Shown here piece by piece: positions 42,905 to 53,669 of a stretch of 64,000 nt of DNA. Under the pieces are notes generated by a model. The model was given only the letters and a program-made list of their open reading frames with translations, made no database searches and was not told where the DNA came from. The stretch covers positions 1,056,001-1,120,000 of the forward strand of contig CAXXOU010000004.1 in NCBI GenBank assembly GCA_963677495.2, written 5' to 3'. This stretch comes from Candidatus Cloacimonadales bacterium. GTDB taxonomy: Bacteria > Cloacimonadota > Cloacimonadia > Cloacimonadales > JAFGVF01. Made by a program: the position numbers and the translations under genes. Within the stretch, counting starts at the first letter, position 1, and each line of letters starts with the position of its first letter.

Positions 42905-45252
42905 TGGACTATATAAAGCAATTAGAATACGATAAAATAAAAGCTATTTTAGCTGAAGAATGCCAATCCGAAGTCGGAAAGGCTATTGCTCTAAAGCTAA
43001 GACCGGAGCGTAATAAACCGGCAATTGAGTTAAAACTAAAACGTGCTCATGAAACTATTGAGCTGCACTCTTATGGGCATTCAGTTAACTTCGAAGAACT
43101 CACTGTTATCGATGATATCTTTGAGGAACCTTTCCATGGTGTTCTCAACTTTGAAGAGTTTCAGGCTATCTGCAGAAATGTAATTACTTCAAATCTGTTA
43201 AAGAGTTGTGAGGAGGAGTTCAGACCTTACGAACTTACTTCTAAACGACTAAATAAAATCTTAGGTCTTCCCCACATCGAAGAGAAGTTTAAAAAGACTT
43301 TCGGACCGGAAGGTGAAGTACTTGATACAGCTTCCGGAAACCTTAGAAGTATTAGAAGAAACAAGCAGAAGACCAGAACTGATATCATGAAGATTCTTAA
43401 TCGAAAGCTGAATGATTCCGGTTCTCAGAAGTTTATTCAAGAGAAAATAATAACCCAACGTGATGATAGATATGTGATTCCAATTAAGGAGAGCTCTGCC
43501 CCATTTGTTAAAGGAATTGTTCAAGGACGCTCAACGAGTAAATCCTCTGTATATGTAGAACCGGAAGAGGTTGTTGGAAGTAATAACACACTCAGACTCT
43601 TAGGTGAACAGGAAAAGCAGGAGATTTATAAGATTCTAAAAGAGTTCACAGGGATGATTTTAGAAGCTAAGGATGCAATCCTTGAAAACACTAAGATCAT
43701 GGCTGAGTTTGATTACTATTTTGCGATTGCTCGCTATGCAAAAACATTTAAGGCTGAGATCCCTAAACTCGTTGAAGAAGCAAGAATTAAACTAATTCAT
43801 GCAAGACACCCACTCTTGATACATCAGTTCAAGAATATTCAGAAAGTTATCCCATTTGATATGGAATTGGGTGAAGATTACAACCTTCTAATACTATCCG
43901 GACCAAACACAGGTGGTAAGACTATCACAATGAAAGCAGTTGGTTTGCTTACAATGATGGCTCTATCCGGTTTACCTATACCGGCTGATGAGGATAGTGA
44001 GATTGGCTTGTTTAAAGCCTTCTATACAGATATTGGTGATGGTCAGTCCTTAGAAAACTCATTAAGTACATTCTCTTCACATATTGCAAATATCAGGTTC
44101 ATGCTCGAAAAAGCACGTGGTAGATCTTTAGTCTTAATCGATGAGATTGGTGCTGCAACTGATCCTGAACAGGGTTCTGCGATTGCACAAGCAGTACTCG
44201 AGACACTTGCCCGAAAGAATGTGAAAGGTATAATCACGACCCACTATACTGCATTGAAGGTATTTGCTGAGCAATCTAAAACATGTATGAATGCATCGAT
44301 GCAGTTTGATTCTGAGAAACTTACACCTACATATAAATTCGTACCGGGATTACCCGGTGATAGCTTCGCGATTGAAGTTGCTGAGAATCTTGGAATGAAA
44401 AAGGGTTTCATTGATAGAGCTAAAAAGTTAGCCGGTACTCAGAATATTGAGTTCACTGAAATCTTAAGCAAACTGGAAGAGCAGAAGAAACTGCATGCCA
44501 GACAGAAGTATGAGTTTGAGCTAAAGACTAGATTGTATGAAAAGAAGATAGATGAGCTAAATGATAAGATCGAGCAAGTTGAAGAGGAAAAAACAACGAT
44601 ACGCAAGAAAGCTCTGAAAGATGCCAGAAACTACCTGACAACAATGCAGAAAGAGCTGAACAACGACTTAACTGAGATCAGAAAGCTTGATAAGCAGGAG
44701 CGTAAAGAAAAGAGCAAACAATCTCTTACTAAAGTAGTTCGACTTCAGAAGAAGATAAAAGAGGAATTTGAAGAGATTGACCCACAGGGTCGAGGAAAGA
44801 TAAAGAACCCTAGAATTGGTCAGAAAGTATGGTTGGCAAACTTCGAAACAGAAGCCTTAATAACAGATCTTAAAAATGGTAAAGTTATTGTTGACATGGA
44901 TGGAATCGCTTTCACTACTGAAGTTGGAAATCTGTATACTCCAAACATCCAAGCAGACCCTAAGAAAAGTGAAGCATTAGTTCGTCAACCTGATACAACT
45001 GAGAAAAGTTTTAAAACAGAATTGAAATTGCTTGGACTGACTTTCTCCGATTCTCAGCCTTTGATTGATGAATTTATTGATAATGCAGTTCTTGGTGGTC
45101 TCAATAAGTTACGCATTGTTCATGGTAAAGGTACAGGAGTTCTCAGAAACAAGGTTAGATATTATTTAAAAAGGATGAAGCAGGTAAAATCAATTCACAC
45201 TCCATCTGCAGATGTTGGTGGTGATGGTGTTACTGTCGTGGTATTGAAATAG
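42904..45252 (+). CDS. mutS2: Endonuclease MutS2
   Basis: SGPNTGGKT, STFSSH, DEIGAATDP, Smr domain IVHGKGTG. Confidence 0.95.
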   Translation: MDYIKQLEYDKIKAILAEECQSEVGKAIALKLRPERNKPAIELKLKRAHETIELHSYGHSVNFEELTVIDDIFEEPFHGVLNFEEFQAICRNVITSNLLKSCEEEFRPYELTSKRLNKILGLPHIEEKFKKTFGPEGEVLDTASGNLRSIRRNKQKTRTDIMKILNRKLNDSGSQKFIQEKIITQRDDRYVIPIKESSAPFVKGIVQGRSTSKSSVYVEPEEVVGSNNTLRLLGEQEKQEIYKILKEFTGMILEAKDAILENTKIMAEFDYYFAIARYAKTFKAEIPKLVEEARIKLIHARHPLLIHQFKNIQKVIPFDMELGEDYNLLILSGPNTGGKTITMKAVGLLTMMALSGLPIPADEDSEIGLFKAFYTDIGDGQSLENSLSTFSSHIANIRFMLEKARGRSLVLIDEIGAATDPEQGSAIAQAVLETLARKNVKGIITTHYTALKVFAEQSKTCMNASMQFDSEKLTPTYKFVPGLPGDSFAIEVAENLGMKKGFIDRAKKLAGTQNIEFTEILSKLEEQKKLHARQKYEFELKTRLYEKKIDELNDKIEQVEEEKTTIRKKALKDARNYLTTMQKELNNDLTEIRKLDKQERKEKSKQSLTKVVRLQKKIKEEFEEIDPQGRGKIKNPRIGQKVWLANFETEALITDLKNGKVIVDMDGIAFTTEVGNLYTPNIQADPKKSEALVRQPDTTEKSFKTELKLLGLTFSDSQPLIDEFIDNAVLGGLNKLRIVHGKGTGVLRNKVRYYLKRMKQVKSIHTPSADVGGDGVTVVVLK

Positions 45253-46976
45253 TGGAACAATCCCTAATAGAAGAGATAAGACAAGCCAATAACATTGTTG
45301 ATGTTATCAGTAGCTATATTCCAATCAAAAAGAGCGGAGCCAGCTTCAAAGCTTTATGCCCTTTCCATGATGATAAACATCCTTCTATGATGATTAGTCC
45401 ACAAAAACAGATATTCAAATGCTTTGTTTGTGGGAAAGGTGGTAATGTATTCACCTTTGTTCAAGAGTATGAGAAAATCACCTTTATGGAAGCCGTAAGA
45501 AAGCTTGCTGAGCGAGTTGGTATTACAATCAAAGAAACAAAACAAGCTAAGGTTGTCAGAACCCGTAATCAATTACTGCTTGAAGTTTATGATTCAACTA
45601 AAGAGTACTTTAAGAACAATCTCCATAAATTTGGTGACTCTGTTTTAGAATATCTTGTCAACCGGGGAATTGATAAGGATGTAATTACTAACTTCGACAT
45701 TGGGTACTCTTTGAATAGCTTTACCGGATTAAAAAGCTATCTTTTAAAACAACACTTTGGTACTGATATCCTGAAAGAATCCGGCTTATTTGGTTTTAAC
45801 CAGAATGGGGCTTTCGATCTGTTTAGAGAACGACTGATGTTTCCTATTCATTCCGCCAGTGGTAAAGTAGTTGCTTTTGGTGGAAGAAAACTGAGTGATG
45901 ACCAACCCGGTGGAAAATATATTAATTCCCCAACTACTCCTCTTTATACAAAGGGTAGGGAGTTGTACGGATTCTTCTTAACAAAGTTTGAGATAAACAA
46001 GCTGGATTATGCAATAGTCTGTGAAGGTTATATGGATTTTTTACGGCTTTACAGTTCCGGTTATAAGAACTGTGTTGCTTCTTTAGGAACTGCACTTACT
46101 GAGGACCAACTCAAACTATTGAAGCAGTTTTCTACCAGAATATATATGGCTTATGATGGAGATGATGCAGGAGTTAAAGCTGCAATACGCGGAGCAACAA
46201 TAGCATTAGGTGCAGGTTTCAAACCATTCATTATTGAGATGCCTACCGGTGAGGATCCTGACAGTTTCCTCTTGAAAAACGGGAATGAGAGCTTTAAAAC
46301 CCTTATTGAAAAAGCCTTACCATTTGTAGAATTCTACTCCTCTACAAGTAAAATAAAACTTGACAAAAAGGGTAGAATTAATGATTTACTTCAAGTCTTA
46401 AATAGCATCTCAGATGAGATTGCAAAGGACTTATTAATAAAGGAGATATCGGATTCCTTTAAAGTTAAGGAGAGCTCAATTCGGAAGAGCCTGTCAGGCA
46501 AATCCCGTAGAAGAGATGAACCTCAACAAGAGAATAAGTCTAATGTAGTTTCACGATTCACAGAAGAGAAATATGCTTTAATTGCAGCATTGAATGGGAA
46601 TTTGTTTGAGCATCTATTAGAAGAGGTGGATGAGAGCTATTTCTTTGTCGAAAAGTATAGAAATATTTTTGATTTCATAAATATGAATTATAATGATATT
46701 ATAGGGATTAATGAGCCTTCAGCTATTCTGAACCTCACAACAGACCCTGAAATACTAAGTACATTAAGTGAATTAATCTATGAGGAGTCACCTAAAGCTC
46801 CCATTGATAAGTTCATTATAGAGATGAAGCTTAGAAGACTTAAAGAAGACTTTGAAGTGGTGAGTAATAAGATTGCCCTGAACCCTGATGACACTGAACT
46901 GTATAAGGAAAAAGAGTATATACGCACCCAGATACGATTACTTGGAGCCCAAGTGATCAGTAAGACATTACATTAA
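45252..46976 (+). CDS. dnaG: DNA primase (GTG start)
   Basis: CPFHDD..CFVC zinc finger, KYINSP, EGYMD, YDGDDAG, DPD. Confidence 0.96.
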   Translation: MEQSLIEEIRQANNIVDVISSYIPIKKSGASFKALCPFHDDKHPSMMISPQKQIFKCFVCGKGGNVFTFVQEYEKITFMEAVRKLAERVGITIKETKQAKVVRTRNQLLLEVYDSTKEYFKNNLHKFGDSVLEYLVNRGIDKDVITNFDIGYSLNSFTGLKSYLLKQHFGTDILKESGLFGFNQNGAFDLFRERLMFPIHSASGKVVAFGGRKLSDDQPGGKYINSPTTPLYTKGRELYGFFLTKFEINKLDYAIVCEGYMDFLRLYSSGYKNCVASLGTALTEDQLKLLKQFSTRIYMAYDGDDAGVKAAIRGATIALGAGFKPFIIEMPTGEDPDSFLLKNGNESFKTLIEKALPFVEFYSSTSKIKLDKKGRINDLLQVLNSISDEIAKDLLIKEISDSFKVKESSIRKSLSGKSRRRDEPQQENKSNVVSRFTEEKYALIAALNGNLFEHLLEEVDESYFFVEKYRNIFDFINMNYNDIIGINEPSAILNLTTDPEILSTLSELIYEESPKAPIDKFIIEMKLRRLKEDFEVVSNKIALNPDDTELYKEKEYIRTQIRLLGAQVISKTLH

Positions 46977-46985
46977 GGAGCATTA

Positions 46986-48725
46986 ATGCTAAGTTACAAC
47001 GATTGCGTTAAGAAACTGGCTGAGCTAGGAAAAGATAACGGCTACATCACTTATAAACAGATTAATGAGGTGTTGCCGGATAGTCCGATTTTCCTGGATA
47101 AGATTGATGAAATTATTGTTGAACTCAACGACGAAGGTATTGAGGTAATCGACGAGACTGAGAAGAGAATTACAAAACGCTCCACTACTAAGAAGGCTAC
47201 GCCTACTAAGAAGTATCAATCTAAACGTTATTATGATGACCCTGTGAGAATGTATCTGCGTGAAATGGGTCGTGTTCCACTTCTTGACCGTGAGGGTGAA
47301 ATTCGCATCGCCAAGAAGATTGAGACAGCCCAGAAAATGATTACTCATAATGTTTATAAATCGGGTAGTACACTCCGTGAGATGTTCAACTTCCTTTATA
47401 GATTCAATGAGAAACGAGTTCGTCTTGATCAGATTTTTAAGATGGAACTTGGTAGTTGGATGGATAAGTCTCAAGATGAGAAACTTGTTGTAAGATTCTC
47501 AGATATTTTGAAAGACACTGAAGTCTATTTCAATGAGATTGGAGATATTCTTGATAATACCGAGTATGATGATACTGGTACTGCTGAAAGGCAGGAAGAG
47601 ATCGATTCCAAAAGGACATATATTGTTGATCAATATAGCACACTTTCTTTCAACGATAAACTCATTAAGAGAATGGTCTACAGAGTAAAAAGTCTTGTTG
47701 ACAGAATCGAAGAGAGTAACAAAGCTATTAGTGATTTAACTAGAATTAAGCGTTATACTATAGATGAGATTTGCACTTTTGGTAGAAGAGCTAAGAAATC
47801 TGATAGTGACTTTGCTGAAGTTAAATCTGAGACCAATGTCGATCCTACTCTATTCATAGAGACTTTAAGAAAAATAAAGAATGCAAGACGTAAAATCAGA
47901 CGTGTTGAGCTTGAAACACGCATGACTGCCAATGAGCTTATCTTCCTCTCCCGCGAAATCAGTCGTGGTGAGAAGATGAAAGAGAAAGCTCAGAATGATA
48001 TGATTGAAGCTAACGTTCGTCTTGTTATTAGTATTGCAAAACGCTACAACAACCGTGGTCTTGACTTCCTTGATTTGATTCAGGAAGGTAATACCGGTTT
48101 GATGCGAGCTGTTGAAAAATATGACTACCGTAAAGGTTATAAGTTTAGTACTTATGCTACATGGTGGATTAGACAAGCAATTACAAGAGCTATCGCTGAC
48201 CAGGCACGTACAATCCGTGTTCCTGTGCATATGATAGAATCTATCAATAAAATCAATAGAACAAGTCGTCGTCTCATGCAGAAACTTGGAAGAGATCCAT
48301 ATCCCGAAGAGATCGCAGCAGCACTTGATATGCCGGTAGAGAAAGTTAAGAGTATTCTCTCTATCTCTAAAGAACCGGTTTCTCTTGATAAGCCTATCGG
48401 TAATGATAATGAAGACAGTATCCTTGGTGATTTCATCGAAGATAAGTCTACTATTACACCGGAAAGAATGGCAGAAAGAACACTTCTTAAGAAGCAGGTG
48501 GATGAGGTACTTCAAACACTTACTGCTCGTGAAGAGAAAGTTATCAGGCTCCGTTTTGGTATTGATGATGGCTTCCATAGAACGCTTGAAGAAGTGGGAC
48601 ATATTTTCGGAGTTACCCGTGAGCGAATAAGACAGATTGAGGACAAGGCACTTAAGAAATTGAGACATCCTACCAGAAGTCAGCAACTTCACGAATTCTT
48701 TAGAAACTTCAATGTTAAGGAATAG
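46986..48725 (+). CDS. rpoD: Primary sigma factor
   Basis: [40 protein letters not shown]. Confidence 0.97.
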   Translation: MLSYNDCVKKLAELGKDNGYITYKQINEVLPDSPIFLDKIDEIIVELNDEGIEVIDETEKRITKRSTTKKATPTKKYQSKRYYDDPVRMYLREMGRVPLLDREGEIRIAKKIETAQKMITHNVYKSGSTLREMFNFLYRFNEKRVRLDQIFKMELGSWMDKSQDEKLVVRFSDILKDTEVYFNEIGDILDNTEYDDTGTAERQEEIDSKRTYIVDQYSTLSFNDKLIKRMVYRVKSLVDRIEESNKAISDLTRIKRYTIDEICTFGRRAKKSDSDFAEVKSETNVDPTLFIETLRKIKNARRKIRRVELETRMTANELIFLSREISRGEKMKEKAQNDMIEANVRLVISIAKRYNNRGLDFLDLIQEGNTGLMRAVEKYDYRKGYKFSTYATWWIRQAITRAIADQARTIRVPVHMIESINKINRTSRRLMQKLGRDPYPEEIAAALDMPVEKVKSILSISKEPVSLDKPIGNDNEDSILGDFIEDKSTITPERMAERTLLKKQVDEVLQTLTAREEKVIRLRFGIDDGFHRTLEEVGHIFGVTRERIRQIEDKALKKLRHPTRSQQLHEFFRNFNVKE

Positions 48726-48794
48726 TGTATAAACCTGCACATTCTGCTTGACAGTTCCACGTGAATTGAAAAGTTATCATACTAATTAAACAAA

Positions 48795-48870
48795 GGACCT
48801 ATAGCTCAGTTGGTAGAGCTTCCGGCTCATAACCGGACGGTCAGAGGTTCGACTCCTCTTGGGTCCACCA
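48795..48870 (+). tRNA. tRNA with CAT anticodon, most likely tRNA-Ile2 (lysidine)
   Basis: GGACCTA/TGGGTCC stem, TCCGG-CTCATAA-CCGGA arm, CCA; G1-C72 paired and no GGG/CCC anticodon stem, so not initiator; sits after rpoD like ileX. Confidence 0.9.
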
Positions 48871-48893
48871 GTGACCAATCCCGAAAGGGTTCA

Positions 48894-49028
48894 TAAATAA
48901 AAGTCCACCTTGTGTGGGCTTTTTTATAACTATTACTTTTGCTAAATAAAAGTCCACCTTGTGTGGGCTTTTTTTATAACTACCACTTTGGTGAATAAGT
49001 AAAAAGTCCACTTTCTAGTGGACTTTTC
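48894..49028. terminator. Three tandem bidirectional terminator hairpins
   Basis: AAAAGTCCAC...GTGG(G/A)CTTTT at 48899, 48948, 49002. Confidence 0.8.
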
Positions 49029-49047
49029 TTTATTATACGAAACTCTC

Positions 49048-50151
49048 TTATATGTTATCTAATAATGATAGATACACTTTGATACCTACTTCTATAGCAT
49101 CACCACTAGGCAGGAAATATGACGAATGAAGTCCAAACTCTGTTTCACCGGTTCCTAACCAAAAGAGCAAGGATGGATAAATAGTAGAGAAGAATCCAAA
49201 GTCTTCTCCCGTCATTACTGTTTCTGCTTCTTTGAAAGAAATATCAGTATCATTTATTGCATCTTTAAAGCACTGATAAAGCTCAGAGTTATTATCCACA
49301 GCTTCATAAACAGAGACTTCTCTGAAAGTAAATTTAGCTCCGGTAATTGCTTCAACTGCTTTTCCTGTTTCCATAATCATAGTGTTCATTAATTGGTGGT
49401 TCTCAGCTGTTAAGGTTCTGTGAGTTCCCTGTAATGAACATCCACTTGCTAATATATTCTCTGCATCGCCACCATCGAACTTCCCAATATGGAAGATTAT
49501 GGGGTCTGTGGAACTAAAACGCTTTGTTATTGCTGATTGCATCATGTTATAGAATTGAACACCGGCATATATTGCATCAACACCTTTATGCGGGAAAGCT
49601 GCATGTGAGTTCTTACCTTCAAACTCAACTATAAACTCTTCAGGTATACCAAAGAAAATACCCGGTTTAGTTGATACAGTACCGACCGGAAGATCCGGAT
49701 TTGCGTGCAAAGCAAAGGCATTCTTAATATCCCAATTATCCAGAATCTTACTCTTAAGTATATGCTCTGCCCCACCTTTTCCCTCTTCAGCCGGTTGGAA
49801 TAGAAACAGTAGATTCTTCTTTGGTTTTAACTTACAAACTTGGAGTATGAACCCAATCATAACTGTCATATGGATATCATGACCACATGCATGCATTAAA
49901 CCTTCATGCTCAGACATGAAACCACAATCTGTTTGTTCCTGCAATGGCAACGCATCAATATCTGATCTAAACATTGAATAAGCATCATCACTACCATTAT
50001 ACTCAACAATCAGTCCTGTAGGCTCCAATTTAGTTATTCTAAGCTCTTTATACACTGAAAGAGTATCATATATGTATTGAGTTGTTTTAATCTCTTTAAA
50101 GGCCAGTTCCGGGATTCTATGGAGGTCTTCCCTTATCTTACTTAGATTCAT
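49048..50151 (-). CDS. M20D amidohydrolase, probable N-acetyl-diaminopimelate deacetylase
   Basis: LHRIPELAFKE, MHACGHD, FQPAEEG, GEDF; follows asd. Confidence 0.85.
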   Translation of the reverse strand: MNLSKIREDLHRIPELAFKEIKTTQYIYDTLSVYKELRITKLEPTGLIVEYNGSDDAYSMFRSDIDALPLQEQTDCGFMSEHEGLMHACGHDIHMTVMIGFILQVCKLKPKKNLLFLFQPAEEGKGGAEHILKSKILDNWDIKNAFALHANPDLPVGTVSTKPGIFFGIPEEFIVEFEGKNSHAAFPHKGVDAIYAGVQFYNMMQSAITKRFSSTDPIIFHIGKFDGGDAENILASGCSLQGTHRTLTAENHQLMNTMIMETGKAVEAITGAKFTFREVSVYEAVDNNSELYQCFKDAINDTDISFKEAETVMTGEDFGFFSTIYPSLLFWLGTGETEFGLHSSYFLPSGDAIEVGIKVYLSLLDNI

Positions 50152-51142
50152 CTCTCCCCTCTTCTTCAGTTCTATTTAGCTCGCACATCTTCTTCAAAAT
50201 TCTTACTGCATTCAAAGCTGCACCTAATCTTATATTGTCAGCAACACACCAGAAGGCGAGTGATTTATCATCTACTCCATACCTGAGTCTTGAAACATAG
50301 CTCTCATTTGTTCCTTCAATATCTAGAGGTGTATCAAAACTTTCAGAGTTAACCTTAACAGATTCCATATTCTCAATTACTTCAGATGCTTTGTGTAAAT
50401 CTACTTTATTCTTGAACTCACAATAGATAGATTCAGAGTGTCCACAAACAACAGGTACCCTCACAGTTGTAGCTGAGACTTTTACTCCATACTTCCCGAG
50501 GATTTTGTTAGTTTCAAACCGCATCTTTTCCTCTTCATCTGTGTACAAGTCATCGCGAAAAGTTCCAATTTCAGGTAACACATTTCTATGGATTTGTTTA
50601 CTGTATAGCTTGCTTTCATTTTTCCCTTTTTCCTGCTCTTCCAGCTCAGAGATACCCTTTCTTCCGCTGCCTGAAACCGACTGATATGTGGAAACAACCA
50701 CTTTTTCTAAATCATATTCTTTATCCAGAGCTGCTAATGGTAAAACCATCTGTATTGTTGAACAGTTAGGATTGGCTACGATTCCCTGATAATCTTTTAG
50801 CACATCCCCATTGATTTCCGGCACAACTAAAGGAATATTGTTATCTCTTCTAAATGCACTTGAGTTATCTATTACAATGTTTCCATTAGCAACAGCGATT
50901 GGAGCAAATCTAACTGATATTGAACTCCCTGCAGAGAACAAGAGATAATCATACTTCTCCCGCATAACTTTATCGGTAAGCTCTTCAACTATATACTTTT
51001 TACCTTTAAAACAGATACGCTTACCTGCTGATTTAGCAGAAGCAAAGGGCCTAATCTCAGTTACAGGTATCTCCATCTCCTCAAGTACTTGAAGCATCAT
51101 TCTTCCTACTTCACCTGTAGCACCTACAACTCCTATTTTCAT
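50138..51142 (-). CDS. asd: Aspartate-semialdehyde dehydrogenase
   Basis: GATGEVG, IDNSSAFR, NPNCST, YQSVSG, DNIRLGAALNA. Confidence 0.96.
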   Translation of the reverse strand: MKIGVVGATGEVGRMMLQVLEEMEIPVTEIRPFASAKSAGKRICFKGKKYIVEELTDKVMREKYDYLLFSAGSSISVRFAPIAVANGNIVIDNSSAFRRDNNIPLVVPEINGDVLKDYQGIVANPNCSTIQMVLPLAALDKEYDLEKVVVSTYQSVSGSGRKGISELEEQEKGKNESKLYSKQIHRNVLPEIGTFRDDLYTDEEEKMRFETNKILGKYGVKVSATTVRVPVVCGHSESIYCEFKNKVDLHKASEVIENMESVKVNSESFDTPLDIEGTNESYVSRLRYGVDDKSLAFWCVADNIRLGAALNAVRILKKMCELNRTEEEGRDESK

Positions 51143-51927
51143 CTATTTAATCTCCTGAATTCATTGATAAAACTTCTCACTCTCTCCACATCAATCTCAT
51201 TATTCCAAAGACCATCTTTCTTAAGATATGATCCAACTATGAAACCATTTGCATAAGGATAATACTCTTTCAGATTATCAGTTGTTAACCCTGATCCTAC
51301 AAAGATTGGAAGTTTGCTAACATCTCGAACTTCCTTCAAATCATTACATGATGCAGGTATACCTGTAGAACTACCTGTAATAATCAATCCATCTGTTAGA
51401 AAGAACTCAGCAGCAGTAGCATGTTCGGCTAGTGATAGGTCTGCAGTGATTGCATGGGATGAATGCTTCTTTTTAATGTCTGTATATATTTTTACATCAC
51501 CAGCACCAATACTTTTTCTATATCTCAACAACTCCCCGGCACAGCTATCCATAAATCCCTCATCAGCAACATGAGCATAAACGAAACCTTCAGCTCGAAT
51601 AAAATCCAGTCCCGTTGCGTGTGCAACTGCTAACGCCTCTTTATTACATCCTGCAAGAATCTGAATTCCACATGGTTTAGTTGTAAGCTTACGTATCTCA
51701 TGTGCTATTATTGTCATACTACTAACAATTTCAGGAGTACAAACTCTATTCATATATGGAACATCATGCATGTTTTCTATGATAATTCCATCAACACCTT
51801 CTGATAATAACAGTTGTGCTTCTTCGACTGCGATATCCACAACCTGTGACGGGCTAAGCTCATTCAAAGGTGTTCCCGGTAAAGCACGCACATGAACCAT
51901 GCCATAAACATTCTTTTTCATCTTCAT
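51139..51927 (-). CDS. BtpA/SgcQ family TIM-barrel protein
   Basis: GMVHVRALPG, IENMHDVPY, DIKKKH, VGSG. Confidence 0.9.
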   Translation of the reverse strand: MKMKKNVYGMVHVRALPGTPLNELSPSQVVDIAVEEAQLLLSEGVDGIIIENMHDVPYMNRVCTPEIVSSMTIIAHEIRKLTTKPCGIQILAGCNKEALAVAHATGLDFIRAEGFVYAHVADEGFMDSCAGELLRYRKSIGAGDVKIYTDIKKKHSSHAITADLSLAEHATAAEFFLTDGLIITGSSTGIPASCNDLKEVRDVSKLPIFVGSGLTTDNLKEYYPYANGFIVGSYLKKDGLWNNEIDVERVRSFINEFRRLNR

Positions 51928-52164
51928 ATAATTTCCTCTGTTACTAATAAAAAGAAGATTTCATTTAGGGCAAGGAAATTAAGAAAGTAGTTTTTTTACT
52001 ACACCGGTTTACAATAGAAAGCAAAAAAAGCCCCGGTAATACAAACCAAAGGCTTTTCCACTCCTTATATATCAAAAAGTTGTATAAACACATAATCCAG
52101 GCTGACAGGTGGTTCAAAGAATTCTCGTCCCGGGAACCACCTTAAACCTGTTTAGTGTATTAGT

Positions 52165-53022
52165 TTAATTCTCATCGAACTCCCTGAGCTTACACTCGTA
52201 GAGCTCTTTATTTTCTTTTATCCATTCATCAAAGGTCTGCGATTGATTCCATAAATACTCAAACATAAATCTATAGGTTTCAACTGTATTGGGATCTTTG
52301 ATTATGGAGGTACATAAATCCTGTCCTTCTAGGATAAATGTCTTATTAAATGTCATCATCAACTCATCATCGAAAATGAAGAGTTTTATTGGACTTTTAG
52401 GTGTTATTCTTAGTTCACATAAATCCGGATGTTCCAATGAAACACGAACACTATCAAACACGAATGGTGGTGAACTCTCATTAAGCTCATGTATTGCTTT
52501 GTCAAAGCCACCTTTATCTTGAAATCCTTTCAATGCTTCAGCTTGCTCTTCACTCTGTTTTCGTTCAACTATTGCATATGGTGGACAGGATATAGAATAG
52601 ACAAGTCTGGAACTGGATTTAAGTATCTTTACAAAGCGTTTATGCACATTCATTTTACCATACACTATCTCAATATAGTCTTCGAAACCTTCATTCTTCT
52701 TTCGAGTGTTATAGAGTTCTAGAATATCATCTTTCAAAGATTCTAGCTCTACAATCTCCTCTTTTTTCTGATCAAAGTATGGCTCAAAGAAATTCTCAGG
52801 GTTTGAAACATAATATTGAATCTTACTATTGGAGATTACTTTATAAACAAAGGATTTATTACAGAGCTCAGTCAAAACATTGTATATCTTCTTAATTCCA
52901 ACCCCACTGAGTCTATGCAATTCAGTAGCTGTTGAGCCTTCAGCAGACAGCAAAGCTAAGAACACTTTTGCCTGTCGCTCATTCATCAATGTTTCTGTTA
53001 GTCTGTTTAATAGTAGTTTCAT
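52165..53022 (-). CDS. TrmB-family transcriptional regulator
   Basis: N-terminal wHTH (AKVFLALL...TATEL...IYNVL..L..K) plus PLD-like effector domain (KLFIFD...FEYLW). Confidence 0.82.
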   Translation of the reverse strand: MKLLLNRLTETLMNERQAKVFLALLSAEGSTATELHRLSGVGIKKIYNVLTELCNKSFVYKVISNSKIQYYVSNPENFFEPYFDQKKEEIVELESLKDDILELYNTRKKNEGFEDYIEIVYGKMNVHKRFVKILKSSSRLVYSISCPPYAIVERKQSEEQAEALKGFQDKGGFDKAIHELNESSPPFVFDSVRVSLEHPDLCELRITPKSPIKLFIFDDELMMTFNKTFILEGQDLCTSIIKDPNTVETYRFMFEYLWNQSQTFDEWIKENKELYECKLREFDEN

Positions 53023-53114
53023 TATTATATTCCTAACACCCCCTTAAGGGGGTTGCACTCATTTCTTATATTTGTTTGATTATGTCAAACATTATTTTAT
53101 CTCTTTAAAACAAA

Positions 53115-53150
53115 AAGCAGGGAGTACCTATCAAAATGGTACTTCCTGCT
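53115..53150 (-). terminator. Terminator
   Basis: AAGCAGGGAGTACC...GGTACTTCCTGCTT. Confidence 0.7.
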
Positions 53151-53198
53151 TCCTGAATTACTTTTGGATGTTACGTTATTACTTTTTCAGATAAAGAC

Positions 53199-53669
53199 CT
53201 AATTCCTTTCCATAGGTGGTCTTCTCTGACCTCTCATCTGTTTACGTTGATTCTCCCGTTGCTCTTTCTGTAGACGTTTGTATTTCTTTATCTGCTTTTT
53301 GGTTAGATGTTTATAGATTCTCTTATCTGTTTTCTCGATAATCTTCTTCATCTTTTTCATAGCAGACATCATTGTTTTACGATCAGAATCTCGCTCTGGT
53401 CTGTACTGTTGAATCAACTCTAATCGTTCTTTCACGATTGGTCGGATTGATTTAATCTGGTTTGGCGTTAGTTTGAGTTCCTCAGTGTACTTAATCATCT
53501 GACGATTCGTTCTCTCAATAATACGTGCTTCCGGATCTTCACTTCCACCCTGTTCAAGTCTTCCCTCTGGACGACCTTGTGGTCTCTCACTAATATTTTG
53601 TGGCGTATCCTGAGCAAACATGGACATAACTGTCATCAATACAACTGCCAGTAATAAAATCTTCTTCAT
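53199..53669 (-). CDS. Periplasmic Spy/CpxP-like (LTxxQ) protein
   Basis: GGAGG RBS before ATG 53669; signal peptide; LKLTPNQ and LTKKQ motifs. Confidence 0.7.
   Translation of the reverse strand: MKKILLLAVVLMTVMSMFAQDTPQNISERPQGRPEGRLEQGGSEDPEARIIERTNRQMIKYTEELKLTPNQIKSIRPIVKERLELIQQYRPERDSDRKTMMSAMKKMKKIIEKTDKRIYKHLTKKQIKKYKRLQKEQRENQRKQMRGQRRPPMERN

Noticed and set aside
47865..48740. 291-aa antisense ORF in rpoD and other shadow ORFs inside housekeeping genes
   Set aside because: Antisense or alternate-frame shadows of strongly conserved genes.
48894..49028. Mini-CRISPR (36-bp palindromic repeat ending ATAAC)
   Set aside because: Spacers are under about 20 bp and similar to each other, the repeats are U-tailed terminators, and no cas genes are present.
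51930..52160. Lysine riboswitch upstream of btpA-asd
   Set aside because: Conserved lysine-riboswitch elements were not found; kept only as an unassigned structured-RNA candidate.
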